64,000 nt of DNA. Source: Octopus sinensis. Its lineage: Eukaryota. Of this stretch, positions 63,691 through 64,000 are shown one piece after another (positions within the stretch are counted from its first letter, which is position 1; every line of letters starts with the position of its first letter). The notes under the pieces are model-generated. The model made no database searches. It worked only from the letters and a program-made list of their open reading frames with translations, and was not told the DNA's origin. The position numbers and the translations under genes were made by a program. Where the stretch lies: NCBI RefSeq assembly GCF_006345805.1, contig NC_043014.1, positions 8,308,001-8,372,000 of the forward strand. Direction: 5' to 3'.

Positions 63691-64000
63691 CAGGGTTGAT
63701 TAAATAAGTACCAGTTATGCACTGGGGTCGATGTGATTGACTGTCCCCTGTCCCCAAAGTTTTAGGCCTTGTGCTTATAGTAGAAAAGATTATTATTATT
63801 ATTACTAAGGCGTTGAACTTGCAGAATCGTTAGTACACTGGGTAAAATGCTTAGTGGCATTTCATCCATCTTCACACACTCTGAGTTCGAATTCCCTTGA
63901 GGTTGACTTTGCCTTACATCTTTCAGGGTCAATAAATTAAGTACCAGTTACGCACTGGGGTCGATATGATCGACTTAATCCGTCTGTCTGTCCTTGTTTG

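Overview
AT-rich, extremely repeat-dense eukaryotic nuclear DNA; the SINE/LINE families look like octopus (cephalopod) DNA (inference from family recognition, not a database search). There is no intact long protein-coding gene and no CRISPR array, and most long ORFs in the track are microsatellite artefacts. Supported content: a decayed Helitron Pif1-type helicase gene with Helitron ends (5.8-10.6 kb); a 269-bp x9 tandem array built from a MITE end plus its flank (11.2-13.6 kb); a candidate promoter/first exon (13.7-14.0 kb); an in-frame mitochondrial atp6 insertion (NUMT, about 19.0-19.2 kb); fragments of RTE, CR1, Tx1/L1-like, R4/Dong-like and Penelope-like retroelements; mariner, MULE, hAT, piggyBac-like and foldback DNA-transposon relics; several tRNA-derived SINE families; and three weak candidate host exons at 0.35-1.15 kb. 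The most unusual structures are the MITE-end satellite, a modular A/B cassette array in the RTE 3' UTR, a head-to-tail Helitron junction, SINE trains in (ATT)n repeats sharing a tail with Tx1-like LINEs, and the atp6 NUMT. None is demonstrably a new biological system from sequence alone. Coordinates of degraded repeats are approximate.
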